This document shows positions 1 through 13,121 of a DNA stretch of 64,000 nucleotides, in pieces. Both the position numbers and the translations under genes were made by a program. The notes under the pieces were generated by a model that was not told the origin of the DNA, made no database searches, and was given only the letters and a program-made list of their open reading frames with translations. Position 1 is the stretch's first letter. The number at the start of each line of letters is the position of its first letter. The DNA lies in assembly GCA_951406725.2 (NCBI GenBank), contig OX597833.1:44454001-44518000 (forward strand), written 5' to 3'. Origin of the DNA: Octopus vulgaris (taxonomy: Eukaryota).

Positions 1-1990
1 GTTTTATTATTTTGCGAAACTGACCTAGTTTCTCTTGCGAACATCAGTGTAGTAGGCGACTCGCCTGAAATAGATATTAGGGCTTCGTATTACACGGTTC
101 AGCTTGTCCGTTCGTTCTTTGGTGATACTGAGGGTTAGTGACTTGTTCAACTGAGTAGCTCTTGCAAACATTCTTAATTTCATTCGCCATGAATTGTTTA
201 GTTATCGGAGACTATGCTGTCGTGCACACCATACCTAACAAGAATTTCATGTTGAAGTTCGTCTGTTACCGTGGAGCTCGTTTTCTCAAATTTATATATT
301 TCTGGCCATTTCGTATAGCAATCTACTAATATTAGATAATATGATTGGTTTAACGGTCTAGCGAAGTCTAGGTGTGGTCTGGTGCATAGTATATCGGTCT
401 TGGGCCAAGGTTAAAAATTTTTAGGTGGTGCTTTCGCTGCAAGAGTACAACTTCTGAAGGATGTTACCATCTTCTCAATATCTAGATTCATTTTCGGCTA
501 GTAAACATAACTGCTCTTATATCGTTCATAACGGTCTGTATACCTGGTAATAATTCGCAAGGCCCCAAAAATATCTGTAACATTGTAATGTTCGTCGAGA
601 GTGGCATATTATTACACTCACCCTATACGGGTCTGATCTGCGTCCATTTTCATCAATAATCTACCCTAGATATTTTATTCTTGTCATAAAAAATTCACAC
701 TTTTCCCAGCTGAGTTATTTTTTCGAAGACCTTTTTAAAACACTCAACATTCTGACACCGAGATTCACTTTTATATGAGTATGTCGTCAAGGTATGTCGT
801 TCATAACTTATTGGAAAATGCCAGGTGCTACCTTTATTCCAAAATGAAGTCGCTTAAATTTATACAGCCCTTTATGAGTATTAATTGTCAATAATTTAGA
901 ACATTCATCATCAACTTTTTCATGCAAGTATGCTTCAGATAGGTCCAACATTGAAGAAATTTTCCTCCATTCAACTTCGCGAAAATTTCCTCCGGACTTG
1001 ATAACGAGCAATTTTATGACATCATGTTATATTGTACCAGGGGAGAGTCATTTTCTTTCTGTACCTTATAATTCACCACACTCACCGGGAAAATTTCCAC
1101 TAATTTCTTATTTTAATTTTCCCAAAATTTTCGTTGTGTCTTGCAACCATTTCGATTGTCTTGACTCTCAACAAACATTTTTCGTTGCGTCTTGCAAAAT
1201 CATCACCTACTCGGATTTTACTTTTTTTCTTGATATATACTGTTGGGGTAGTCTATTTTGTGTAATCAATTATTTCAATAACGTCAATCTTTTCAAGTCT
1301 ATCCAATCCTTTTTTGTCTTGTTTCAACGCTGCGAAAGGCACAGTTTGTTTTGGTTTAAATACCGGTATAGCGTTTTCTTTCATTGGATGTTTTGCCTCT
1401 GTTTTGGAGCAAAGACACAATTCATAAAAAACTTTTTTTAAGTCCTCCGATGCTTTGTATGTACTGGCAGAAGACCCAATCCCATTTTACAAAAGATTTT
1501 ATAAAAAGATCCCATAAGTTAAATAATTCCATCTAATCAGTTCCAAATAAATTTGTCATATTTTTCAATGCAAAATATTTTGCTTTCAAGGTTTTCCCAC
1601 GAAATGTAACATCACTTATCATTTCGTCCCTAAAATGCAATTTTTCTTTCCTGGAAAACCACGCGCAATTTTCGAACTTTCCTTTAATCTAAGCTTCCCT
1701 ATTTTCTCCATGTATCTGTAATAATTATCGTGATATCACTGCCCGTACCGAATTGTAACTTGATATTTAAGTAAAAGACGTATGAGTCAACATAACTGGA
1801 TGCAGACGAAGTTTCATGTGATATATCAGTGTAAGGTTTCCATCAGAATAAGGGATCTTATTCCAACCTGTTGGATGGCCATTAAATCTACCGCGTTAAT
1901 ACACATTTTCACAGGTCTTGTTTTTCGTCCTGTGGGGTGTCCAACGGAAATCACCCTCCTTACAAAACCAGCTGGGTAAGTCTCCCGGTA
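1..1990 (-). mobile_element. Ty3/Gypsy LTR retrotransposon pol remnant (protease/RT/integrase fragments, disrupted)
   Basis: Minus-strand peptide LDLSEAYL...LLTINTHKGLYKFKRLHFGIKVAPGIFQ (RT); integrase-like segments; many stops and frameshifts. Confidence 0.9.
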
Positions 1991-2159
1991 TATTCACCGA
2001 CAGTTCGACTATGCGACCGGCTGTGCTGGGTTGCACCTTACCAGTATCACTAAAAGTGACCTGGTTTAAACATATACACATGCATATATGAGTGCAGGTA
2101 TACATACCCATGTGGATACATACACTCCTATTACTCCTTAACTATGTTATTTCTTTTAC

Positions 2160-2420
2160 TCTTTTACTCATATACTGGTATCAGCCAAACGGATGCGGCC
2201 ATGTTTGAGCACCGCCCTATAACGTTGCTTGAAGAAATCGAAACAAATGATTTTTCTTCAGGAATATTTTGTCGAAACGCTGAGTTATATGAACGTATAG
2301 AAATCATCACAAGTTATCAATGATTGTGAGCAAAACAGGAAGTCCGCAAACACACACACGAATGTTTCTACACATTTTCCGTCTACAAAATGAACTCATA
2401 AACCAATGGTTGAGCAGAGT
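2160..2420 (-). mobile_element. Degenerate tRNA-derived SINE (same family as 5865-6273)
   Basis: cttttactc...tgcggccatgtttgagcaccgcc matches the reverse complement of the SINE 3' part; duplicated at about 23430-23700. Confidence 0.6.
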
Positions 2421-2729
2421 CTATTGATTCAAGCCAATTCACTTCTTCTATCAATGCACGTCATGATGACCATTAGATAGCACGCACAGGGATTTCGTAC
2501 TCAGTGGTGAAGGCTTGTATAGACTAAGTTTAGTGTCCAAGCTACCCTGCTGGCTTAATGCGCACTTAAATACAAGTCAGAAATCGCTCAATCACTCTCT
2601 CTCTCTAAATATGTATGTGTATATGTGTGTGTTTGTAACCATATATGTATTGCATGTATATATATATAATGAATATATATAGATATATATATATGTAAAA
2701 GTATATATAAATATATATATCTTGTTCTT

Positions 2730-3300
2730 CGTTATAACATATTCCACTATTTGCCACGGATCACAGACTAGTTCACAGCAAAGTATTTGTTAAAACATAT
2801 ACAAAGAGGATACTGAGATGCAGTATACATCTGAGAATAAGCATCGCTTCTTGAAAAAAATCTAGAAACGACAAAACATTTTGAAATGCATTTAAACTCA
2901 AAGCTTGCAGAAATAGAGGAGTGTAACAACCATGAAGTGTTGTAGCACAATTGGTTCAACGAGAACGATTCTCAAATTAAACCTCTCCCACAAACTTTGC
3001 ACAGGAGACACAAGACACGGATTCCGGACTAAAACTCACCAACACTAAGATCACTATACATTTTCTCTAGAAAAACTACACAGAAAAAATTGTATGATAT
3101 GAAAATTTCTTGGAGGGTCAAAAAGCCCAAGAACTTGAACAGGATGATAAATCTCCGAAACTTAGAGGAATGTATAACAATCTAAAGGGAGACACAGAAC
3201 CTTTTTTCTCTAGCGACAGAACAGAAATTAGCAAAGTTGAAATTCTGGGAAAGATGGGTTGAACACTGTAAATTTGTTCTAAATCAAAAATCCACTACCG
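2730..3300 (+). mobile_element. Highly degenerate L1/Tx1-like LINE fragment
   Basis: DHRLV-like endonuclease end motif followed by a GY(W)-like segment; heavily disrupted. Duplicated at about 24230-24850. Confidence 0.3.
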
Positions 3301-3344
3301 ATCCTGAAATAATCAGCGAAATCACCCTATAACGAAGGATTATG

Positions 3345-4100
3345 TGACCATTGTTCGAAAATAATAGTTTGAAAACAATTATGCGAAAACATTTATTCAA
3401 AAATCATTTATTCAAATGGAAAATTGTATGAATGAAAATTATTCAAAAGGACAATTTTACGAAATGTTAATTATTGTAATTTTTATTATTTTATTCAAAC
3501 AAAAATGATAAACTTAAAAATCAGTACACAAATGATATTTATTTAATATACATATATCTTTATCTGCAATGATTAAAAACAATTACGAATGAAACAAATA
3601 AATTTGTATAAGAGTATTAGAGAATATACAGTAAATTGTAATTATATAAATTTATTTAACTATATGGTAATTTGATTTAATTTATATTTTATCATAGTTA
3701 ATTCTAAATTTTAGGTTTCTAGTGGATGATATCTTATTGTTTATTATTTGTTTCTCTCTTAGAGATTTTATTCTCTTTTTTGCTAAGCTAAAATATATTT
3801 GTAGTTTTCATGGATAAAATGTATATTTCCATCTGTTTGTTCTATTTCTCTAAGCCACGTATTCACGAGTAAATTTATAAACGCTAAGTAATACGTTTTT
3901 CGTTTTGAAACTTTTTAGTTCATAATACGCCTTTTGGAGAGATAAGTAGACATTTTTGTTTGAGATATTTATTTAATCTATATAAGTATTGATTGTTAAA
4001 TATGATTTTCCTATTTTTTATTAGTTAATGATAATTTAGATACATTTATTTAATTATTATTATTTTATAATTATTATATCTGAAAATATAATCACTGTGA
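3345..4100 (-). mobile_element. Very degenerate MULE-like DNA transposon relic
   Basis: Short subterminal repeats (ttattcaaa/gaaaa) at about 3345-3465 and a decayed TNN-containing C-terminal transposase-like frame. Confidence 0.3.
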
Positions 4101-4164
4101 TTTTGATTGTACAAATGTTTTGGTATAACTAAAAGCTCTTATTATATTTCAAGTACTATTAAAT

Positions 4165-4165
<1 letters not shown>

Positions 4166-4217
<52 letters not shown>

Positions 4218-4312
4218 CAAGAAGAAGAAGAAGAAGAAGAAGAAGAAGAAGAAGAAGAAGAAGAAGAAGAAGAAGAAGAAGAAGAAGAAGAAGAAGAAGA
4301 AGAAGAAGAAAG
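4166..4312. repeat. Compound microsatellite (AAT)n(GAA)n
   Basis: Read directly; a longer copy lies at 25726-25940. Confidence 0.98.
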
Positions 4313-4739
4313 ATAATATGTATCTTTTCGTAAATAAGTTTATAAACGATAAGTTACACGTTTTTACTTTGGAATTTTTCATTTCTTATATTCAGCTTCA
4401 TAAATATTTTCGGAATGATATCTATAATATTTATTTAAGTAATAATGGAGTAATTCATTTCTTTATTTATATGTTTATTGATTGAAAAAATATGGACTTT
4501 CAATTACTATATTTTTTTTTACTTATAATTCAGATACGTAACATAATATAAATTTATTATTTCATAATTATTATATGTAAGCTAAAACCTAAAACCTGAA
4601 CATCTGATTTAGGTGTATCTGTCATGTAGATGTTCTTCTCGAGAGCTGATTTCAAGAGGTATCTCATTAAAATAAACTCTGTGTCGCAAGATTTCTTCTT
4701 GGTCTTCGTATATACAAATGGCAAATTATGCTATACAGC

Positions 4740-5240
4740 TTCCTTCTTACAGAAGATCCAATAACAAATATCCATAACAAATATCTTTTCATTTTATTAC
4801 TGCAAAAACGTCATCTTTTTGGAAGATCTCTTGTGCACAGCTTCTGGAATGGCTATCATCAAACACCAGCATTACTCCACCATCATATCTGAGTCCCATC
4901 GCCCTTGGTAGTGTTCTTCTGTTTGATGTTAACTGTTTGATGAAAGCGTTCACCTTTTTCGTCGCTAACATCACTCAGATTCTCAGAAAACTCATCCAAG
5001 AAACTGAGTAAGTAGTGCAATTTAATGTTCATTCTACATCCAAGTGCTTGCAAACTCAAGAGCAGCTCTTCCACAATCTCTTCATATTTGTCACCTTTCC
5101 TGTTCCCAAAGAATTCAGCACCACATCATAGGAGCCCACCCTCATTATAGCAGCAAAATGTGGATCCCTGAGGAGCGTTCTTATTTCATGTCCATCATAT
5201 ATTCCTGCCTTCTTCTCGTCACAGATACTTAGAAAGGATG
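4740..5240 (-). mobile_element. Chapaev3/CMC-like DNA transposase C-terminal remnant
   Basis: Peptide LGCRMNIKLHYL...NLSDVSDEKGERFHQ...YQGRW resembles the SDEQGERFHQ motif of this group; disrupted. Confidence 0.7.
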
Positions 5241-5864
5241 TACCTTAATAACTAAAACAGCCTCCACTATGATCAAGAGCTGTTGTGATTTGCTTCATTA
5301 TACTAAGTTTCAAGACATGTTTTGCAAATTTATGGGGAGCCCAAGTTTTGACCTGGTCTCAAAGTGCTACTTTAATGTAAGAAAGACACACCGTCTAGAC
5401 AAAGTTATTGATGTTGCACCAATGAGCCTATAGAATGAAGTATCCACTGACATAGAAGATATCGGGGTCATTACGGAACGTTCTTATCTTTGAGGATATA
5501 TCCACAACTAGGTCACTGTGGTTCAGTTTACACCCAAAAAGAATAGGAAGGATTATAAAGCAAAACTCAGCTTTAATATATTATTCAAAATTAACATCAC
5601 AATCCAGCCAAAATTTCCTGCAAATAGTAGTGCAAAGTTAATTTTTGGTATTAACTTTGTATAGAGAACTACATATCAAATCCTAATGAGAATTGTCGAA
5701 GGCTAATTAGTTCATTGATAAATTCATCAATTAATTGATTAACAATGCGTGCAAACCAAATACATTGTGATGAATAGCTTAAAAAGCTATTCAAATCTCT
5801 CAGAACCTTGAAGTTATGTAACAACATCGACTTCATTTTTGCGTCTGGTAAATATATATATATA

Positions 5865-6273
5865 GGCGCAGGAGTGGCGGTGTGGTAAGTAGCTTGTCTG
5901 ACAACCACATGGTTCCGGTTTCAGTCCCACTGCGTGGCACCTTGGGAAAGTGTCTTCTACTATAGCCTCGGGCCGACCAAAGCCTTGTGAGTGGATTTGG
6001 TAGACGGAAACTGAAAGAAGTCCGTCGTATATATGTATATATATATGTATGCGTGTGTGTGTTTGTGTGTCTGTGTTTGTCCCCTAGCATTGCTTGAAAG
6101 CCGATGCTGGTGTGTTTATGTCCCCGTTACTTAGCAGTTCGGCAAAAGAAGACCGATAGAATAAGTACTGGGCTTACAAAAGAATAAGTCCCGGGGTCGA
6201 GTTGCTCCACTAAAGGCGGTGCTCCAACATGGCCGCAGTCAAATGACTGAAACAAGTAAAGGAGTAAAAGAGT
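5865..6273 (+). mobile_element. Full-length octopus-type tRNA-derived SINE with CORE-like segment
   Basis: ggcgcaggagtggcggtgtggtaag A-box head, ggtttcagtccc B-box, ccttgggaaagtgtc CORE-like motif, internal (TA)/(TG) tract, gagtaaaa tail. Confidence 0.9.
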
Positions 6274-7107
6274 AATATTACATGGAAAATGCGAGCAAGA
6301 GAAACAATATTCTTAAGATTAGAAACCTGCAAAATTACAGGAAGCGTTATTATACTTGCAAAAGTTCATGAAAACTTATTACATCTGGTAAAATACAGAT
6401 GTAGAAAACTTTTACTTAAAATATTGCAGATAAGGATAAAATTTCAGATGAAATATTTAGATTCAGAAAATATTAGCTTTTATAAAAAGTAAAAGTTTTA
6501 TTACAAGTTATTACTTCTATTGGTTATTACAAGTTATTACTTCTATTTGTTATTACAAGTTATTACTTCTATTTGTTATTACTTGTTACTTCTATTAAAT
6601 ATTAAAAATAGCTCAGTTAAAATATATTTCGCACTTTAAGAAAATTCATCATTTTAATTATTAATTTATAATAGGAATTTTTAAAATGGACTATAAAAAA
6701 TTATAGTAGTACAAAATTAGTACAATAAACTGAATGATACAATAATAAATATTATATATTCAGCAAAATTTAGCCATAACATATACACAATAAAATTTGC
6801 TTGCGTGAGCCAATACTTCTTTTTTACATAACGAATTTGCCTACCATACATATCATTTCATTTTGCATAACACTTTAGCTATATTGATACTTTTTGTTTC
6901 TCACTTTTTAAAGTATTCTCGCTTGATCAAAACTCAATTTCTTTCTGCCAAAATGTACCTCGGAACAAGTCCTCTACGAAAATATTAACTATTTCAATTT
7001 GGTTAATAACTGAATTAGTGACAATCTCTGAAATGTACTACGTGTGAATATATTGCGGCCTTAAGAATATTATTCAATTACTACAGTAGTATATATATAT
7101 ATATATA

Positions 7108-7160
7108 TACTATTTGTTACTTTTCAGTCTTAAGTATGTATGCATGTATGAATCTACTAG

Positions 7161-7191
<31 letters not shown>

Positions 7192-7264
7192 TCATACTGT
7201 ATGTATAAAATATATATGTATATATATATGTATGAATGTATATACATATATATATATATGTATG

Positions 7265-7321
<57 letters not shown>

Positions 7322-7361
7322 TCATACATATATATATACGTATATATTTTATACATACAGT

Positions 7362-7406
<45 letters not shown>

Positions 7407-7454
7407 TAGTAGATTCATACATACATACTTAAGACTGAAAAGTAACAAGTAGTA
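7108..7454. repeat. Inverted repeat (arms of about 50-55 bp) enclosing a (TA)n-rich microsatellite; MITE-like
   Basis: ttgttacttttcagtcttaagtatg...aatctactagta is the reverse complement of tactagtagattcatac...cttaagactgaaaagtaacaa. Confidence 0.8.
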
Positions 7455-9833
7455 ATAGCTGAACAAAGAACTCAGTACACTATATAGAGGAAATATATTT
7501 ATTTATTACCAAGAAAGTTGACAGTGAAGTTGACTCCGAAATTTTGGATCAGGTGTTAAGTAAACAGCATTCTGAAAAAGGGAAGAATTGCCATCATATA
7601 GAGAAACAATGGTTAGGTTAGGAAGAAGGTAACATGTATACATATTTACACGCACGCGCTGTGTCAGTGCGTGCGCATTTATATGTGTGTGTTTATGAAT
7701 ATAAATAGATAAATAGACAGGTAGATAGATATACATACATACGTACATACATACATACATACATACATACATACATACATACATACATACATACATACAA
7801 TCATACATACATACAAACATACATCCTTTTCGGGCATGTTCGTTTGTTGGCTGCACCATATAACTCGTAACAATAAAATTCATACCAAACATTCAACTTC
7901 ATCTCATCTCAAGTGTACCTTCCGAAAAGATTTCCTAACTTCCATTTACAGTCATGATCTCCAATGAACCTGTAAATGTGAAATTCGACGTCTCACGCAG
8001 CTCATTGTCCAGTTAATACAATGTGGTAAGTGCTTGGTAACATTCAATATACAAAACCCCTAAGTTTGTGTGAACCTTTCTCCCAAGATTAAAAAATGGG
8101 GAAGGAGAGCAAGTGTACGAAAATAGGTTTCAGAACTGACACCCACATCTATCTGACTTGTTTATTTGGAAGTCTTTGTTCAGTGTGTTCATGTGTCTTC
8201 GCATCATCAGCCACACCATCTCACGTCTTCAATTGAAATGGATGTTTTGAGTAGATGCATCTCTTGAACACTGAACCCTGTTCCTTCTACAAGAAACAAA
8301 ATGAATTGTTGTCACTCTGCTCAGAAGGTTCTTATGACGAGATCAGCCGTCATTCAGCTACACCAATGCCAATCAGTTATCACCAGTACTTAATCCTTTC
8401 TGAGTGGGAAGGGTAACGATGCTTGAAAATTATTATCAATTTTAATTAACATGGACATATGGACTGAACCAGAATACCTAAAATTATAAACGATATCCAT
8501 TCATCTTGTCATCTATAACAGACATTCATGCAACCATCTCGATCGCTTTTGGTAAAGCACCGTTTATCATGAGTTCCAGTGGTCGAAACGATGAGAGTGA
8601 AATCGCCAGTCTTTATGCAGACACGATTCTTCCTTCTCTGTTATAGTTAGGGCGTTATACCTTTCAATATTTATAACAGCTCGTTTCGATCCTCAATTGA
8701 GAGAACATGTAAAAAAAACAAAGAGGCAAATTTAATGCAGCAAACTCTTGATTCAACGCACGACCAATAGATTATTGCTTATTTTGATAACCAACAGAAG
8801 TCACTGTGCATTATAGCAACGATCCACGTTCAAAATCCGACATCTCCAGTCTGTGGTTTTTGGAAACATTTAGGCTAAGTTCAGCTTAAAAACTACTACC
8901 ATTGTCTGGAACCATTTGACTTACTCGTTGCAGTCCGTCACAGACATAAATGGGGCCTATATACGCGCTGAGTCTCTGTAAATCCCTGTCCATGAATTTC
9001 AGGGATCGAGCCCTAAGTACATGCACGGCATACTTCGTGATTCGTGTCGAGAAAATGATGAATGATTATTCTCACAAAGAACACGTCGTAAGCGATGTCT
9101 TTTCTCTTCACTTCTAATTTTCTGTTAATATTTCTTTTTGATGAAACCCAACATCTGTTATTAAATTTACCCATCAATTCCTGCGTAACTGGTTGGCTAA
9201 TTCGATCTGCACAACTTCTCCATTTTGTGTGAGATATGTTCCGTCTTCAGTATCCTGAAGCTGTTTATTAATCTCGTCTATGTTGATTGTATGGATAACC
9301 AATTTGACTTAACTGTAACCAGCTGCCCGAAACTGTGGACAACATACGCTAAGCCGATCGTTTATTTTGTAAACAATTTATCTACAACCCAAATATTCTA
9401 CGGTTATTTCTTCGGCGTTGGTGATACCGGTTTGGCAACTGTGAGTCGGAGCGCACTAAGTATCATTCCTAATAATATTATTAATATTATATAAGGGTTT
9501 AAGTGTGTTTTGATGAAAAAAGTATATACATACATGGAAATACGCATGCATACATATATTCACAATCACGCGTGTGTGTAAACGTACACAAAATATGCAT
9601 GCCGCCATACATATACAAATATGAATGCAAGCCTATTTCTAAAAGAATTTTTTCCCAGATGTTTGGCACCAACCCCGCCCCCACCCCATCAGGGAAACAT
9701 ATCCATTTCACGTATGCAAATGCACAGAAACCACATACATATAACCACATAAACAAAGCTTTTTTGCAAACACCCACACGTATAAAAACATGAAAACATA
9801 TTCGTACGCAAGAAGGCACAGACACACACACAG

Positions 9834-9870
<37 letters not shown>

Positions 9871-10255
9871 TGAAAAGTATGAATACATACAATGGGGAGC
9901 ACTCCGCTGCCCTAACCACTGGGCCATTGCGCCTCCACACATACAATAGCATAGAGACGCCGTAAGCATATTTAAACGAGAATACCTCTATGTGGCATTT
10001 TAACTAACAAGAAATAGTAGCCACGTCACATACATATCACAAGAACTTTTTTAAAAGAAGTTTGGATACATTGGATATTATAGTCCCAGGTGTTCTATTC
10101 CTGAAAAGAACGGATGCGATTGTTACACCCGGAATACCGTCGACTCTTAGATAACGGTTGAGCTGAGGCTAAATAACCGTTGTGACAAGAAAAGGGTAAA
10201 CACCAATAAGGGTAAGAAATAGAAAATGGATTTACCTTTTCTTACGAACTGCTCC

Positions 10256-10551
10256 CTAACCGGAGATTTGTCTGGTAAGTGAACCAAAATTTGTTTTGCA
10301 TGTGATACTTGTGTCAGATACGTCTTTCATTTGTGTAGTGAAATTATAAAAAGATGATACCAGAGAATAACAGCTGGAAGTAACTGGTATTTTCTCTCCT
10401 TTGATGTCATAATTTGATTTACCATGCTTTGTAACAATCCACGCAAAGGCTACATGCGATTCAAATGGTGCGCCAACATTTGCTACACATCTAAAGATTA
10501 TTATTTTTCTGTATTTCTTGACAAGTTCCAGACTCTTTAAGCTAGATCTTG
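10256..10551 (-). CDS. Two-Ig-like-domain gene, paralog A, exon 3 (second Ig-like domain, ends in TAG)
   Basis: Acceptor ttttcttttcag|CA (phase 1). Reads ARSSLKSLELVKKYRKIIIFRCVANVGAPFESHVAFAWIV...TSITCKTNFGSLTRQISG*, with Ig-like C-x15-W...C spacing. Homologous to 31750-32048 and 62626-62930. Confidence 0.8.
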
Positions 10552-10885
10552 CTGAAAAGAAAACGATCTAATATAGCAAAATGTTATAACAATATGCTTT
10601 GACTATTGGGTGGTTTCACTAATATAAACAACAATCTTCATACTAAACTAAAATGTTTAACACCAGACGAATTGTTCTTGATGCTGGACCCTGTGAACTA
10701 CTGTTTCTAATTTGCATACACATGCACACGCACACAGAGACACACACGCTCTTAGACAGGCATACATCTCATGGGCGTCTCTTTGCTATTTTCGTACATC
10801 TATCTGGTTTAAATAATTGTTGTGTTCTAATTTTTCGCCTCTTGTCAAATATATGATTTTACCTACTCGTTTTGTTACTACTCCG

Positions 10886-11441
10886 TAGGACATTTTCATA
10901 TGAAATGCTGTTTTTTATGAGAAAAAAAAGACACCCTGTGGCAATAAACTGAGGCGTCACTCGTAAATAGAGCTGGATAACAAAACCTTTCCCTCTTTAG
11001 TGTCCACCAATAATTATGACCCTAGTATCCATCTGTTGCATTTCAATCTGTTTCAGGGTTAGGGTTAGAGTTAGGGTTAGGGTTAGGGTTAAGGTTAGGG
11101 TTAGCGGTGGGGGGAAGGGTATCTTTTTTCTTCAGAAATGTAAATAAACCCAATCTGTTTTTTAAAAGAATATATAATATGTAACAGGGACATTTTCATA
11201 TGACGCCGCCAGAAAATGTTACGGCAGATATCGCTTTCACCTCAATAGACGTCATTCATTGGTTGAAATTGCCGAAATGCAAGAAATTAAACTACAAATA
11301 TCTTACAAACTACAGAATTTTCTCACAAAAGCCAACAGAGAAAGATATTTTATAGACACATTCTACCAGTATACGAAGTTTAAAATTTTTTAGATACATA
11401 GAAATTATTTTTAAAATATGCCAGTCAAAGTGAAAAGATCC
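10886..11441. mobile_element. Non-autonomous repeat carrying an interstitial (TTAGGG)n tract, in intron 2 of gene A
   Basis: About 8 TTAGGG-like units at 11056-11104; internal direct repeat ggacattttcatatga; absent from the paralogous intron of gene B. Confidence 0.6.
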
Positions 11442-12800
11442 GAATATATTTCAAAGTGAGAACTATCGGATTTTTGTGTGCGGCACAGAATCAAAGATTT
11501 CCTAATTCGAAACCACTAAACTCATGTAATGAAACAAAATACATTAAATATCTGTGGAATATATGGATATTGGCAAGAGAAAAATTAAATATGGTCACTG
11601 GTTAACCATATTTAACAAGGAATGGATACAACAGACCTGACAAAGCTGGATGTTTCAATTGCTTGGAAATTAAATAAATTAGGCAATTTAGACTTACATC
11701 TGAAAAAAACCTCTACATCTCACAAAACAGCACATTGGAATCTGTTAGTTCACAGACTCCAAGATATCAATGTTAATCGACCACATATTTTCCAAAGCTA
11801 GCAGGAAATGAATTGCTTTTTCATTTTTTACCAAAATGCTACACACCGTACAAAAAATACACAGGGACGCTTAAGAAAACTTAGTAGTAATGGATGATAG
11901 CAAACTTCTGATGGCAATTCAAGATACAATATATTATAATTAAGAATAAAACCCTTTTTGCCAGAATAAATTACTAATCTTAGTCACTGCTACATAAAAC
12001 AGAAAAGAGAGACAACCCAATATTAAATAGAGACTGTAGTAAAGCAGAAGTATGGTCTTTAGTGTTACCGAAAAATCGCCAAAACTGTTCCGGTCTTATT
12101 AGACGTGATTTGCGAATCTTCGGCTAAATCTAACTGATAATCATGGAATGACGAGCAGATATATAGCTGGATGAAACGTTAACACTTAACTGATTGCTAT
12201 ACCCCCAGGAATTATTATTTATAAAGTTACACATTTATTGATTAGAACAATCTTTTTGTAGATTACAGACCCTGGTTTGAAACAGGTTGATGGATCTTAG
12301 AAATTTAGTTAATTATAATTCATCAAAAATGAAAAGTAAAAGGAGAGAATCTAATATTTAGCCGCTGTATGGTGACTATGAAGGACCTGCTTTAATCTTA
12401 TTCCTAAATCTTTTCCTTAAAACCTAATCTAAGCGTGACTGGAAAATTATAAAAATTTAACCGAATTTAGTCATTTACATAATGAATTGCTTTTAACATA
12501 CAGTTGTTTACTAGTGAATAATTGAGATTTTTTGGCCTTATACATCATTAATACTAACTTCTACTTCATTCAACAGAGAACAGAAAAACTAGGTATATCA
12601 CATCATACACAGAGTATTTTCATTACAATATAAAATAGAAAACCAAAGGATTTTGGCAGGTGCAACATATTGCATGTGTCAAAATGTGATGGTATGCGCT
12701 CCACAGTGCATTAGAAATACACAGAAGAAATAAATCTACTTAAAATGATAAAATGAATATTTCTGGGGCTCAGTAAATGCAAAAGCCGGGTAACACCAAC

Positions 12801-13121
12801 CTTTCATGATCTTCGGTTGTGAAGCTGCCTTGAATGTTTTACATGAGTAAGCTGCTATATCATTGCAAGTGGGTTTATATTTCCAACACGTAATATAACC
12901 TATATTATCAACAGGTAAATCACAGTCGAAACCTTTGGTAGTATTTAATTTCAGGTATTTCTTCTTTTTCCTAGAATATTGTATATGTACGAGTGTAGTT
13001 CCGTTTCGTTGGAGTTTGAATTCAAGAAAATTCTTTAACGCATGCAAGCATGTTATTGATACATTACTTGTCTTTCCAACTTCAAAACCCTCAGCTGGTG
13101 TTATTTCTACAACATATATTG
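12801..13121 (-). CDS. Two-Ig-like-domain gene, paralog A, exon 2 (first Ig-like domain)
   Basis: Acceptor cttttacttatag|CA and donor AAAG|gttggt. 321 nt, symmetric phase 1-1, open frame: IYVVEITPAEGFEVGK...ITC...DIAAYSC. The D-x-A-x-Y-x-C motif is typical of an Ig F strand. Confidence 0.85.

Noticed and set aside
4107-4382. Poly-N/E/F/I ORFs (also poly-K/L at 25651-26010)
   Set aside because: Translations of trinucleotide microsatellites; the reading differs between the two duplicates.
5865-5940. tRNA gene
   Set aside because: The A/B boxes belong to a SINE head that continues into the SINE body; there is no complete cloverleaf.
7110-7892. YI/MYVC/HT-rich ORFs here and at about 9500-9970, 31150-31490, 38420-39640, 44080, 61700 and 63120
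   Set aside because: Stop-free frames produced by di- and tetranucleotide repeats.
7860-9400. Possible downstream (TM/cytoplasmic) exons of gene A, and 29440-30980 for B
   Set aside because: No convincing acceptor plus hydrophobic open frame on the minus strand. Indels between the duplicates do not preserve frame, and the region looks like decayed Tc1/Mariner-type sequence.
11056-11104. True telomere or chromosome fusion site
   Set aside because: Only about 8 imperfect units, in one orientation, embedded in a dispersed-repeat-like segment inside an intron.
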